In this document: one piece after another, positions 23,901-35,425 of the stretch
Position numbering within the stretch: the stretch's first letter is position 1
How the letters are laid out: every line of letters begins with the position of its first letter
The notes under the pieces: generated by a model
Seen by the model: the letters and a program-made list of their open reading frames with translations, nothing else
What the model was told of the DNA's origin: nothing
The model's database searches: none
Made by a program: the position numbers and the translations under genes
Assembly (NCBI GenBank): GCA_049840735.1
Contig: JASGJN010000004.1
Coordinates: 1-64,000, forward strand
Length of the DNA stretch: 64,000 nt
Direction of reading: 5' to 3'
Source: Anaeromyxobacter sp.
GTDB lineage: Bacteria; Myxococcota; Myxococcia; Myxococcales; Anaeromyxobacteraceae

Positions 23901-24240
23901 TCGACGTTCATGATCGCGATTTCAAAGTTGTTCGTCTGCCCGGGGTCCTGAAAACGGCTGGTGGTGAACACGATCTGCTTGCCGTCGGGAGAGAAAGACG
24001 GGGTGGTCGTCGGGCAGATTCAGGCCATGGCCGGAGAACTCGAAGTTGTCGGTCTGGCTGGTGGTGATCTGCTTCATGTCCGAGCCCGTCGAGCCGGCTG
24101 ACGAAGATGCCGCCTCGACTTCCGCCGAAGTCACCCACGATCAGCCCCGCGGCCCAGGTGAGCAGGGCGTCGGCAGCCATCAGGCGACGGGATTCGAGGG
24201 ACTCGGCGCAGTAATTCCGGCAGGTTGGTCGGAGAGACAT
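20964..24240 (-). CDS. Large secreted LEPRxLL protein with PD40/TolB-like propeller, CBM6-like domain and RTX Ca-binding repeats (many frameshifts)
   Basis: ESLESRRLMA; PVFSPDGSQIAF and MNADG repeats; IEAEDFD..YRVTDVDI; GGDGDD/GGGGKD nonapeptides at the C-terminus. Confidence 0.6.
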
Positions 24241-24330
24241 GGGATCTCCAAGCATCAACCTTACCGAATGTGATCCGGCTCGCGAAGCAAATTGCGGGGA
24301 ATTGCGGGTGAAGCGGGGATTCGAAGAGGA

Positions 24331-24446
24331 GCACGAATCGATACGAATACACACGAAGCTTCACGAAGGGAGAGGACTGAATGTACGACCCATGTCCCGC
24401 GACAGTCCTTCGTGAAGATTCGTGTCGATTGGTGTCAATTCGTGTT
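24331..24446. repeat. Intergenic inverted repeat (CACGAAT..CACGAA family)
   Basis: CACGAATCGATACGAATACACACGAAGCTTCACGAAG versus CTTCGTGAAGATTCGTGTCGATTGGTGTCAATTCGTG. Confidence 0.7.
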
Positions 24447-24610
24447 CCTCTTCGGCCTGAAAGGTGCAAGAGTTCCGGGGCATCAATGAAAAGCACCGTG
24501 CTCTCAGCCATCGAGAGCACGGTGCGAGGGGAACTCAGCATAAGAGAACCACGGAGGACGCGGAGTTCTGTGAACGCCCGTGAACGCCGTGGTGGGTCTG
24601 CTTCTGCGGT

Positions 24611-25177
24611 CTAGGCGACGCGGAGGTCCGACGTCAGCTTGATCGGGTTGGCGATGTTGAAGCGGTTCGGGCTGGTCGCCATAACGGTCTGGTGGATCTT
24701 CTGGAACTGTTCCGGCGTTCCGTTGCCCTTGATGCGGACCGTGTAGTGGATGGAGTCGTAGCCGGGCTTGACGTTCGTATCGAGGCCGAGGAAGCCGCGG
24801 AGATCGATGTCGCCGGACGATTCGATCTCGACGCTCTCCAACTCGATCCCTTCGAGCGACGACAGGGCCACGTAGCCCACCATCATGCAGGAATTGAACG
24901 CTGCCATCAGGTACTCCTGCGGGTTGGCGTGTAAGTTGGTGCCGCCGAGCTCGGTGGGTTCGTCGGTGCGAAGGCGGAAGTTGCGGGCGAGCCGGCGGCC
25001 GGAAACCTCGCACGCGACGACTTCGGTTTCGGTCACGGCGCCGGTCTGCCAGCGGGTGGTGGCGCCCCAGCGGGTCTGGGCGTTGGCGGGGTCGCGCTGA
25101 ATGGCTTCGACCAGCTTGTGGATGGTGCTGGTGTTGACGCCGTTGACACGTTCACTGACGGTTGCGACTGCGGACAT
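24611..25177 (-). CDS. OsmC-family protein
   Basis: DEP.ELGG....NPQEYLMAAFNSC, DIDLRGFLG, TSP. Confidence 0.9.
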   Translation of the reverse strand: MSAVATVSERVNGVNTSTIHKLVEAIQRDPANAQTRWGATTRWQTGAVTETEVVACEVSGRRLARNFRLRTDEPTELGGTNLHANPQEYLMAAFNSCMMVGYVALSSLEGIELESVEIESSGDIDLRGFLGLDTNVKPGYDSIHYTVRIKGNGTPEQFQKIHQTVMATSPNRFNIANPIKLTSDLRVA

Positions 25178-25361
25178 GATGCTTCTCCTGAAATGTCCGA
25201 CCGAAGCCGGACGTCTTGTTACTATTGCGAGCTAACTCGGATCGACCGTCGATCCATATTGGCTGGCCGCACAGAACATGCATCACGAATCGGCGAGGGA
25301 AAAGTGACTCAAGGTCACTCTCGGAGTGACTCGAAGTAACGCTGCTGTCGCCCACACTGCC

Positions 25362-26007
25362 ATGACGATGGTCACGCTCACAAAATCGGCCGCGGAACTG
25401 TTCGGCGTGCGATCGAAGCCGAAGAACGCCAAGGATCGGCTGATCGAAAAAGCGATCGATCTCTTCTACGTGAACGGATTTCAGTCGGTAGGCCTGGATA
25501 GGGTGATTGCCGAGACGGGGGTCACCAAGACGACGTTCTACCGGCACTTTGAAAGCAAGGACGACCTGGTGATCGCGGCGCTTCGCCGTCGCGACGCCTG
25601 GGAGAACGGCGCGCTGGAAGCGGGCCATCCAGCGCCGCGCCGGCGACAATCCGGTGGCGCAACTGCTGGCGATGTTCGATGTGCTGGACGAGTGGTTCAA
25701 TCACCCCGACTTCGGCGGATGCATGTTCATCAACGCCGCCGCCGAGTTCCCCGACCCCAGAGACCCCGTCCACCAGGTGGCGGCGGAACACAAGCGCCTT
25801 GCTCGCGACAACGTACGCGATCAGGCGAAAAAGGCCGGCGCGGCCGATCCGGAGCAATTCGCCGACCTGTACACGGCGATCCTCGAAGGCACGCTGGTGC
25901 TAAGGCAAGTGCACGGCCGGCACGACGCGGCGAAACTGATGCGTGGGACGATCGAGCAGTTGGTGGAGAAGCACATCCCTGGAACGCTGAGTTCAAGCTC
26001 GGCATGA
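25362..26007 (+). CDS. TetR-family regulator (frameshift near 25620)
   Basis: HTH ..GVTKTTFYRHFESKDDL and GCMFINAAAE; divergent from the OsmC gene. Confidence 0.88.
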
Positions 26008-26012
26008 ACGCA

Positions 26013-26152
26013 TTTGTCATCCGAACGCAGCGAAGGACCTTGTATCCCGCCGCAGAGAACTTCGAACACGTCACACCAGTGATCGGTGTTGCGTGTTCGA
26101 GGCCTCTTCGCCTCGGATACAAGGTCCTTCGCTGCGCGCTCAGGATGACAAA
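26013..26152. repeat. REP-like doublet (GTCATCC..GAAGGACCT family)
   Basis: TTTGTCATCCGAACGCAGCGAAGGACCTTGTATCC / GGATACAAGGTCCTTCGCTGCGCGCTCAGGATGACAAA, between convergent genes. Confidence 0.85.
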
Positions 26153-26164
26153 ATGGGTGCTTAT

Positions 26165-27679
26165 TTACGTCGCCGTGAAGCCCGCCTTCACGTAACTGAC
26201 GATCGTCTGGGCGAGGTACTTCAGGTTCCAGTTGCCCTTGCCGAGCGTTCGGGCGAGGGAGACGTACGTCTGGTTGGTGCCGCCGACTGACTTGCCGGGG
26301 GTGCGGGTGGCATCGACGTAATTGATCGCCTTGCGGATGCCGCCGGGGTTGGTCGCGGCTTTGTTGTAGACCTTGGTCGTGTAGAAGTTGTTGGAGTAGT
26401 TGCCGGCCATCGAGCTGCGGATGATGGCGTTGTACGTCGCGATGTTCTGGAAGTGGTTGTTGGTGACGTTGAGGTTGTTCAGCGCCTTTCTGGCCGGAGC
26501 CGGGGGCCATGCCGCCGTTCACCCAGAAGCCGACGCTCCAGTTGTAGATCACGTTGTTGGAGATGGTCAGGTCGTTGATGCCGACGGCCTGCGAGGCGTT
26601 GTCGTTGCCGGAACCGACGCCGAGCATGATCGCGGGCAGGCTGGTCGAGGGATTGCCGTTGGCGATCACGTTGCCGCTGACCATCGTGCCGCCGCGCTTG
26701 ACGTTGCCGATTTCGATGGCCACGCCGCGGGGATTGGCGCCAATGTTGTGCGTGTCGAAGAAGACGTTGTTGACGACGCGGCCGGTGACGCCGCCGGGCG
26801 TGACCGGCGAGCCGTTGACCAGGCCGAAGCTGAGGCCGCTAGCGTTGTTGATGAAGACGTTGTTCTCGATGATGCCGCCGCCGCGGGCCTGCAGGCCGTG
26901 GCTCGAGCCGTTGGAGAAGACGTTGCCGCGGGCGACCAGTCCGCTGCTGCTGGCGCGGACATAGACGTTGTGATACATCGTCGACGCCGACTTGCCGTTG
27001 CCCCAGCCGTTGTGATCGAAGACGTTTTCTTCCAGCGTCAGGCCGGCGACGCCTTCGGCGAACAGGCCCTGGGAGTTGTGGCCGCCGCGGGAGTAGGCGT
27101 CGGTGATGATGGACCGGCGGACGGTGACGTTATTGACCGGGCCGAAGTACTTCTGAAGCACGATGTTGTTCACGTACTTCGTGATCTCGACGTCTTCGAT
27201 GTTCAGGTTGTCGATCGCGCCGGCGACGGTAATGCCGTCGGCGACCGCGACGCCGTCGCCGATCAGCTTGATGCCCTGGATGTAGAGGTTGTTGACCGGC
27301 GTCTTGCTGCCGACCGCCAGGCCGAAACTGGAGCCGGTGTTGATGACCGCGCCTCGCCCGTGCCGTAGGAGCCGATCACCAGGGGCTCGGTGGCGCTTCG
27401 GCCGTTCTTGTGCCAGATGCCAAAGTTGCCGGAGAAGGTTTCGCCCCGCTTGAAGAGCAACTGATCGCCCGTCCCGGAGCGAAGCAGCGAGATGCCCTTG
27501 GAGATCGACTTGATCGGCGATGCGCTGGAGAGGCCGGTGTTGGTGTCCTTGCCAGGCGCGATGACGTAAATGACGCGCGAGCCGTTCTGGGGCGTTACGA
27601 CCGTGAAGCCGGCGGCGTCTTTGGCCACCGAGAGGTGCAGGCGGTTTTCGAGCGACTCGACGATGACCCGGGAGGTCAC
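26165..27679 (-). CDS. Secreted LEPRxLL right-handed beta-helix protein (frameshifted)
   Basis: VESLENRLHLS, GDQLLFKRGETF, Asn-rich PbH1-like repeats (ENVFDHNG, NNVF). Confidence 0.72.
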
Positions 27680-28096
27680 CGATGCCGGCGATACAACGTC
27701 TCGCCACGCAGGCCAGTGGAGTGCGAGTCACGGTCGGCGACGGCTGGTTGGGCCGGCGAAACGAAACGCAAGTTGCGACCGCGTGCAAGGACGCACCATC
27801 GCCGACAGAGAAATCGGCACGAAACCTCCCGTAAAGGAGCAAACACTGGGATGAAGTTCTAAATCGGGCCGGGAACCAGCCGGCCCGTACGAGATCAGGA
27901 GTGACGCAGGCGAACCCGCGCCGCCTTCCACCCGATTGAGCGGCGGCAACTTAAGGGCCGGTCAAGTTCGATTCCATCGAAAATCCGGCCGAAATGCAGT
28001 CTTTTTTCGCGGTCCCCGCGAGCCGCCGCAATGACCGATAATTTGCGCAATTAGATCGGTTTATGAGGTGATGGAGCGTGGAGGGGGGGCGAAGGT

Positions 28097-28132
28097 ACTG
28101 AATCTGAAATCTGAAATCTGAGATCTGAGATC
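28097..28132. repeat. Heptamer microsatellite (CTGARAT)n
   Basis: CTGAATCTGAAATCTGAAATCTGAGATCTGAGAT. Confidence 0.75.
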
Positions 28133-28180
28133 GCAGACCCGAAACCCGAATCGGAACGTCTGAAGTCCCCGCGAAGAAAA

Positions 28181-28660
28181 TCATCCCAGCAGAGCCCTGG
28201 CGCCGCCACGACGGCCGCCGTCAGTGCCGTCGCGATCAGAACGACGCCGAAGCAACCTCCCTTGGATTGCTTCGCCGCCCGCTCTTCGAGCGAGCTAAAG
28301 CCGCTCGATGCGGCTTCAAGCTGTTCGACGCGGGCCTTTGCCTCGGCCAGCCCGTCCCCCGTCTTTTCTCGCCATAGCTTGATCGCCTGGATCTTCTGCC
28401 CGGAGCGGCACCATCCCGGCGATCTGCCGGCGGGTGGCGTCGTCTACGCCGCCGGCGGCGGGTGACGACGGGAAGACCGCTTGCGTCCCCGGCGACAAGT
28501 CGGATGTCAGTCCGGCCGCCTCCATCGCCTCGACCGCGTCCTTGGCTTCCTTCAGCCCGACGTCGGTGAACTCGCGATACAGCTTGATTGCCTGGATCTT
28601 CCGTTCGGCCCGAAGCTCGGCTGCCACCTGTCGTTGCTGGTCCGGCGTGAGCTGCTGCAT
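28181..28660 (-). CDS. Small protein with two ribosomal L7/L12 C-terminal-like motifs and a hydrophobic tail (frameshifted; 3' end approximate)
   Basis: KIQAIKLYREFTDVGLKEAKDAVE and a second KIQAIKLWREKTGDGLAEAKARVE, then GGCFGVVLI. Confidence 0.6.
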
Positions 28661-28808
28661 GGGTCCTCCGCGTGCGTAGCACAGGCTTCCAGCCTGTGGC
28701 TTCGATCGCGACATGCTACCCGGATGCCCCGTCCGATTCGTTACCTGCCCAATTCTGCTACCCGCCCAATTCGTTACCCGGCCCTGCGCTGCGTAGAATC
28801 GACCGACG

Positions 28809-29510
28809 ATGCGGATGACCGATCTCGGCCAACTCGCCTACCGCCCCGCGTGGGACCTGCAGGAGCAGGCGCACGCCCGCGTGCTGGCGGGGGGTGAGGA
28901 AGAGCTGCTGCTGGTCGAGCATACACCGGTGATCACCCTCGGCCGCCGTGGAAGCCTCGAAGGGTCGGACATGGCCCGCAACCTGTTGGCGTCGCCTGAG
29001 GCGCTGGCGCGGGTGGGTGTGGAGGTCGTGCAGTCCGATCGTGGCGGCGACATCACCTTTCACGGCCCCGGGCAGATCGTGGCTTACCCCATCGTCCGGC
29101 TGAACGACCATCGGCTGAGCGTCGGCGCTTACGTCCGCCGACTGGAACAGGCGGTGATCGACACCCTGGGTGATTTGCAGATCTCGGCCCGCCGCGAAGA
29201 CGGCGCCGTCGGCATCTGGGTGGATGACGTGGTCACAGGCCAGGCGGCGAAAATCTGTGCGGTCGGCGTGCGCATCAAACGGGGCATTTCGCTTCACGGC
29301 ATCGCGCTCAACGTGACCACCGACCTGAACTACTTCAACCTGATTGTCCCCTGCGGTCTCGTAGGCCGACCGGTGACGAGCGTGCAGCGGATGCTCGAAA
29401 CCGCCGACGCCGGCGAACTGTTTGCGCATGTTCGCGGCGCACTGGCTCGACGGCTGACGCAGGTGTTCGTTCGACAACCGGTCTCGGCCGTCAAGGCAGA
29501 TGTCTGCTGA
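28809..29510 (+). CDS. lipB: Octanoyltransferase LipB
   Basis: LLVEHTPVITLG, DRGGDITFHGPGQIVAYP, KICAVG, HGIALN, IVPCG. Confidence 0.95.
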   Translation: MRMTDLGQLAYRPAWDLQEQAHARVLAGGEEELLLVEHTPVITLGRRGSLEGSDMARNLLASPEALARVGVEVVQSDRGGDITFHGPGQIVAYPIVRLNDHRLSVGAYVRRLEQAVIDTLGDLQISARREDGAVGIWVDDVVTGQAAKICAVGVRIKRGISLHGIALNVTTDLNYFNLIVPCGLVGRPVTSVQRMLETADAGELFAHVRGALARRLTQVFVRQPVSAVKADVC

Positions 29511-29526
29511 AGGGCTCACATACGAC

Positions 29527-32441
29527 ATGGCACGCATCCTTTTCCTATTGTCGATCCTCATGGCCCCGCTTTTCAGCTTGGCCGATGAGCCCGCGCGGCT
29601 GCCAAGCCCAACCTCGCGGCGGTGGCGCAGAAGCTTGCCGATGACATCAAGGCCTACCGAGAGACATCCGACAAGCTCTCGCCGCGCGATGCTTCGACGC
29701 AGTGGCTCGCACTGTACGACCGGGCGTCGGCGGTCTGGCTGCAGGGTCGCAGCGGATCGGCGGCGATGCGGGGGCAGGTCGACACGCTGGCAACACAGCT
29801 TATGGTCGCGCTGCCGCGGCCGGCTCGTCGGCGCGAGCTGGAGACGGCAATCGATGCCCGCCTTGTGCCGGCCGACGCCGACGGCAGCGTACGGCATCTC
29901 ACGCTTCGCCTGGCCGCCGCACTGCTTGCCGGGAACGGGCCGGAGAAACCCAGGTCGCTGCAGGAGCTTCGCGACGCGATCGCCACGGGAAACGACGCGG
30001 TCGCCGGACAGGGCGCCGCAGACGACCTGACGTCGCTCGAACGGCTGGTCGGCGAAGCCGCCGAGCCGCGAGGCAGCGTGGCGATGTTCGAGAAAGAGAT
30101 CGAGCTTCTCGGCGACGATCCCGAGCAGGACGCTTTCGATCCCCGATCTCTACCGCCATGGCAACCCGGCGATCGTCGAGACCCTGCTCAAGGCGGCGGT
30201 CGTCGGCAATGCCCGCATCGAACTGTCCGGCGGCGATTACACCGACGGCCGCGTGCTCGAACTGTCCCGCAAGCATGTCAGCTCGATGAAGATGCCCCAC
30301 TTCGAGCTGATCCAGGACGAGTCGACTCTCGATCTGTTCGCCGAGATGGAGCAACGATTCTCCGACGATGCCAAGGCCGAGCGGGCCCGCATCAGGCGGG
30401 GCGAGCCCGGCTGGAACAGCGGCGGCTCGGCGCGTTGACCGCTACAAGGCCCGGCGGTTTCAGCTTTGCAAGCTGATCCGCGACGCCAACACCGCCGAGG
30501 CCGACAAGCTTCTTTCGAAGCTGCTGGCCGATACGGATTCCGAGTCGGCCGTCGCCGACGACGGCGTGCCATCGTTTCAGATCCTGCTCGAAGACATCGA
30601 ATGGACCGACGCCCGGTTTCAGACGGTGGCATCTCTCCTGAAGCGGTATCCGCACGCTCCGCTCTGGGAATTGGCCGGCCGGGCAGCGGTCCGAACGGGA
30701 AGCTCGATCAGTGGCTCGAGATCGCCGACAAAGTTCCGGCCGACGCCGAAATCGTGACCACCGACGGCGCCGCTGCGCGAGCTGGCGGTCGATCTGCTGG
30801 TTCTGGCCGACCGCGGCGCGGATGCCGTCGCCCACCTCCGCCAGCTTCCCGACCCGGCCAAGGCCACGCTCGACGACTTGTACGCCGCGGCGTCGCTGGC
30901 GTCTCTCGGCGATCAGCAGAAATCGGAGAAGGACGTCACGAAGGCCGTCGAATGGATGCAGGCCGCGACGAAATGCACCAACGGGCGCCGCCACCGGCGA
31001 AGAAGACGACCTGGAGGATGCCGCTGCCGCCGCCCGGTATCTGTCCGACGCCCTGATGGTTCAGAAGAGGCTTGCCGGACGCCGTGGCAACGCTGCTGGT
31101 CGCCGCGGAGTTGTGCCAGTCGTACCCGCTGCTGTCGACGAACCTACTGTCCGAGGCGATGGCGATCTATGTCGATGCGGGACAGTTCCCCCAGGCGATC
31201 GAGCTTCTGGACACCGCCGACTCCTGGCACGCCGCCGACCTGGCATCCCTCATCGCGCATCCGTCGCGGGACGGGCGGCGACTGGGGACCGTGGCCGGCG
31301 CGGCGCTGATCCAGAACGGCAAGCGGACCGCCGGCCTTCGGGCGATCGAAGCCTCGTTGATCCAGGACATCGATCAGCCGTCGGCGTTCAAGGTGTTGGT
31401 GGCGGCGGGGTCGGGCGAATCGTTCAACGAAGCGTTGTCGGTGTTCGATCGCGTCATTCGGCGCGTCCATTGTCGCCGCTGCCCCTGGCGTGGAAGGCCG
31501 AACTGCTTCGCCAGGCCGGCAAGCTGGACGCCGCCGAGGAAGTAGCCGCCGCGGCGATCGCGATGGGCGCGACCGATGCTGTGACGCCGGGCTCCAAAGA
31601 CTTGCTGCAGGCCCATCGCACGATGGTCGCCCTGCTGAAGGCCCAGGATCGACCGGCCGACGCCGCGGAGTTCGACAAGGCCGTGGCGGCGGCAGACCGG
31701 ATCGCCGCCGTGGGGGATCGACCAGCGGGCGAGATGTTGAAGGCCGCCGAAGAAGCGTCGGCACTGTTCCCCACCTGGGCGTCGCTACGGCTCTACCTGA
31801 TGGAGGAATACATCGACCGCGGCGACACCGGCAAAGCCAGGCAGGAAACGCAGGCCGCCGCCGGCGACCTGCTCAAACTTCCGCTGGAGAAGCTCGAACC
31901 GCATGCCGTGATCGGCGGTCTCGATGTATCACCCGATTTTGCGTAGTGAGGTCGAGCGGCTGGCCAAGGTCCGACTCGAAGAAGAACCCGCCGACGCCCT
32001 GCGCCGAACTATTTGCTGGGCTTGGCCCAGCTCGGCAACGGCCGTTCGGCCGAGGCGGCCGTCGCCTTCTCGGCGGCCACACTGCACCAACCGAAGTTCG
32101 CCGCGGCGTGGGTGGCGTTGCGGGACCACGGCGCGACGGTCGCCGCCCGGTCCGATGCCTGCGCTTCAGGTGGCCGCGTTGCCCGGCCAGGTGGGACAGG
32201 ACCACTTCGACCCGGCTGAGGTCATCGAGCCTCGGCGGTTGTGGGAGACCGTCACCGCCGCCCGCCGAGCCCTGCCGCCGCCGGTGACGGCGATCTACCC
32301 GCTTGCGCCAGCAAGGCCGATCCTGATGACAAGCCGGGTGACGGCGTCGAGCATCCGACGCCGGGAGAAGTGCTGTCGCAGACCCTCTTGATGCAATCCT
32401 TGAAGTCGCTCCTGTTCCTGCGCCTGCCTGACGAGCTGTAG
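29527..32441 (+). CDS. Large secreted helical/TPR-like protein (many frameshifts)
   Basis: Signal peptide MARILFLLSIL and Ala/Leu-rich helical ORF pieces (e.g. WKAELLRQAGKLDAAE) across several frames. Confidence 0.45.
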
Positions 32442-32468
32442 CCGCCCGCCGCGCGGTAGAATGCCGGT

Positions 32469-33629
32469 ATGAAGTTCCTATCCGCCATCACGCCCTGGCC
32501 GACACCGACGATGTGCTTGTCGAAGTGCTGCAATCGTTTCGCAAGCAGGGCATGCCAGCGCCGATGTGGTGTTCGTCTTTCTGACGTCGCACCACACGGT
32601 CGAGGCAGACCGGCTGGTCGAAAAGCTCTGGCTCGAGCTCGACCCGCAGTGCATGGTCGGCTGCTCGGGAGACGGCGTCCTCGGCGGCGCGATGGAAATC
32701 GAACGCCAGCCGGGTCTGTCGGTCATGGTGGGGCAGCTTCCCGGCGTCCGGTTTCACCCGTTCCACATCGCCGACGACCTGGACTGGCGGCACATGCTGA
32801 CCGACGAAGAGGATCTGGCCGAGCGTGTCGGCTATGGTCCGCTGACGCGCGGCATCGTCGGCTTCGGCGACCCGTTCACCACGCCCGCGGGGCAATTGCT
32901 GACGGCCCTCGACGTCGCGTGTCCGAACGCGCCGCTGGTCGGCGGGATGGCCAGCAGCGGCCGCCAGCCGGGCGAGAACATCCTCATCCGCAACGACCAG
33001 GTGCTGGACAAGGGGTTCGTCGGCGTCAGTATCAGCGGGCCGGTCGCGGTGCAGGCGGTCGTCAGCCAGGGGTGCCGGCCGATCGGCAAGCCGCTGGTCG
33101 TCACCAAGGCTCGGGAGAACATCATCGAACAGCTCGGCGGTCGCCCGGCGATGGAAACGCCTCGCGCAAAATCGTCAACGGACTGGGCTCGCAGGACGAA
33201 AAACTACTGGCCAGCGGATTGTTCATTGGACGCGCGATCAGCGAATACCGCGACACGTTCGGCCGCGGCGATTTCCTGGTGCGGAACGTGATTGGCGTCG
33301 ACGAGCAGGCCGGATCGATCGCGGCGGCGGACTATATCCGCGTCGGGCAGACGGTGCAGTTTCACGTCCGAGACGCCGCCACCGCCGGCGAAGACCTCGC
33401 CGCGATGCTGGAAGTGCAGAAGGGCAGCCCGGCGGCGGGTTCGCTGCTGTTCAGTTGCAACGGCCGGGGCACACGCATGTTCAACACCGCCGGCCACGAC
33501 ATCGGCCAGGCAAAGAAGGCGATGCCACAAACCCCGGTGGCCGGCTTCTTCGCCGCCGGCGAGTTCGGCCCGGTAGGCGGCAAGAACTTCATCCACGGCC
33601 ACACGGCGAGTTTCGCGATGTTCCGGTGA
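32469..33629 (+). CDS. FIST signal-transduction domain protein (frameshifted)
   Basis: DPFT, GGMAS, VSQGCRPIG, FHVRDA, FSCNGRG, GFFAAGEFGP, HGHTAS. Confidence 0.88.
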   Translation: MKFLSAITPWPTPTMCLSKCCNRFASRACQRRCGVRLSDVAPHGRGRPAGRKALARARPAVHGRLLGRRRPRRRDGNRTPAGSVGHGGAASRRPVSPVPHRRRPGLAAHADRRRGSGRACRLWSADARHRRLRRPVHHARGAIADGPRRRVSERAAGRRDGQQRPPAGREHPHPQRPGAGQGVRRRQYQRAGRGAGGRQPGVPADRQAAGRHQGSGEHHRTARRSPGDGNASRKIVNGLGSQDEKLLASGLFIGRAISEYRDTFGRGDFLVRNVIGVDEQAGSIAAADYIRVGQTVQFHVRDAATAGEDLAAMLEVQKGSPAAGSLLFSCNGRGTRMFNTAGHDIGQAKKAMPQTPVAGFFAAGEFGPVGGKNFIHGHTASFAMFR

Positions 33630-33646
33630 ATGGATTTGCGCTTTCC

Positions 33647-33813
33647 TGTAGGGTGGGCTTCAGCCCACCGGTTATGTTCGAGCACTCGCTGTGTGACCAC
33701 CGTCGAACGCTGCCTGGCATCGCGACGCGACGGAAAACATCACGCTCATTGCCGAGGGTGCGATCACACAACGGGTATTCGAATACAACCGGTGGGCTGA
33801 AGCCCACCCTACA
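33647..33813. repeat. GTAG-type REP doublet
   Basis: TGTAGGGTGGGCTTCAGCCCACCGGTT and its exact inverse AACCGGTGGGCTGAAGCCCACCCTACA, between convergent genes. Confidence 0.9.
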
Positions 33814-33828
33814 AGATGCCACCGCGCA

Positions 33829-34957
33829 TCACGCGAGGCCGCACAGCACCTCGCACCCCTTTGCCAGCTTTTCGTCGGTGGTCGCGTAGCTGATGCGGAA
33901 GTGCGTGTCTCGCCCGCTGAACACGTTGCCGGGGATGATCAGGACGTTGTTCTCGATCGCCTTGGCGACGAACTCGCGTGGCGGTCGTGGCCGGCGGGGG
34001 CCTTGGGGAAGATGTAGAACGCGCCGTCAGGCTTCTGCGACCTCGAACTTCTTGCTGAGCATCTCGTACGCCATGTCGCGCTTCTTCCGGTACGCGGCGA
34101 CGTAGTCGGCCATCGGCACGTCGATGCGCCGCGAGCGCCGCGTGCTGGAAGGGGCTGGGGGCGCAGACGAACGTGTACTGCTGCAGCTTGGTCATCTGCC
34201 CGATGATCTCGGCCGGGCCGAAGGCGTACCCGAGCCGCCAGCCGGTCATCGCGTGGCTCTTGCTGAAGCCGCGGAGGACGATCGTGCGGTCGTAGATTCG
34301 CGGGCGGGCGTCTTTTCGATGCGTCCCGTAGAGGAACGGCTCGTAGATCTCGTCCGACAGGATCAGCAGGTCGTGCTTCTTTGCGAGCTCGACGGCGGAC
34401 TGCACTTCGTCCTCGGTCATCACGATGCCGGTCGGGTTGCTGGGGCTGTTGAGGATCAGCAGTTTCGTCCGCGGGGTGATCGCGGCTTCGACCCGGTCGG
34501 CGTGGAAGCGGAAGTCGGGGTAGCTGTCGACGGTGACCGGCTTGCCGCCGGCCAGCGTCAGCAGGTGCTTGTACATGACGAAGTAGGGGTCGAGGAAGAT
34601 CGCCTCGTCACCGGGGTCGATGACGGCCTGGATCGCGAGCATCAGGCCGCCGGACACGCCGGAGGTGATCAGCACTTCGCCGACGTCGCGGCCGAACTCC
34701 GTCCGTCAGGTCCTTCCGTAGCCGGTCGCGGAGCGGCGGCGATGCCCTGGGTCTGCGTGTACCGGTTGTCGCCCCGGCGGATCGATTCGATCGCCGCGTC
34801 CTTCGCGATCTCCGGGACGTCGAAGTCGGGCAGGCCGATCGAGAGGTTGATCGGGTCCTTCATCTTCGCGGCGAGGTCGAAGACCTTGCGGATACCCGGA
34901 GGCGTCGACGCCCCTGGAGCGGGCGGAAAGGAAGTCATTGAGGTTGGCCGGCGGCAT
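33829..34957 (-). CDS. Class I/II PLP aminotransferase, aspartate aminotransferase-like (frameshifted)
   Basis: INLSIGLPDF, NSPSNPTG, SDEIY, FSKSHAMTGWRLG. Confidence 0.9.
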
Positions 34958-35015
34958 GATGGGATTGTTGTGTCGGAAGCGGTTTCTGTCCACGAAGGGT
35001 CACGAATTGAGAAAA

Positions 35016-35052
35016 TGTCCGTGACACGGCTTGGAAAGCCGTGTCACGGACA
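35016..35052. repeat. Perfect hairpin / REP-like palindrome
   Basis: TGTCCGTGACACGGCTT-GG-AAAGCCGTGTCACGGACA. Confidence 0.7.
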
Positions 35053-35150
35053 GCTACGCGTCGCACGACCGTTCGGTGCATAGAGAGAGCATGCGCAGGT
35101 GCGACGTTCGTCGCGCCTGCGTGCTTCGGGTTATCCGGCTTTGAGCGGGA

Positions 35151-35418
35151 TTACTTCTTCTTGGCGGCCGGGGCGGCCTTGGCGGCGGGGGCCGCCTTGC
35201 CAGCGGGGGCGGCCTTGCCGGCCGGAGCAGCCTTGCCCGCGGGGGCGGCTTTGCCGGCGGCGGCCTTGCCGGCCGGGCGCTGCGCCGGCTACTGCGGCGG
35301 CGTCGCCTTCGACCTTCTTCTCGGCCTTCACCACGGCGGCCTTGCGGTGGCCGACCTTCGGCAGGCCGAGGGGGCTGTTCTTGGTTTCCGACCACTTTTC
35401 AAGCTCGCGGAGCTTGTT
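35151..35418 (-). CDS. PVC-superphylum small basic protein, N-terminus missing
   Basis: KLRELEKWSETKNSPLGLPKVGHRK followed by an Ala/Pro/Lys tail. The conserved N-terminal ..RNVL.R.ER.. block is absent because the sequence switches to a tRNA locus. Confidence 0.7.
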
Positions 35419-35425
35419 GCCCATC

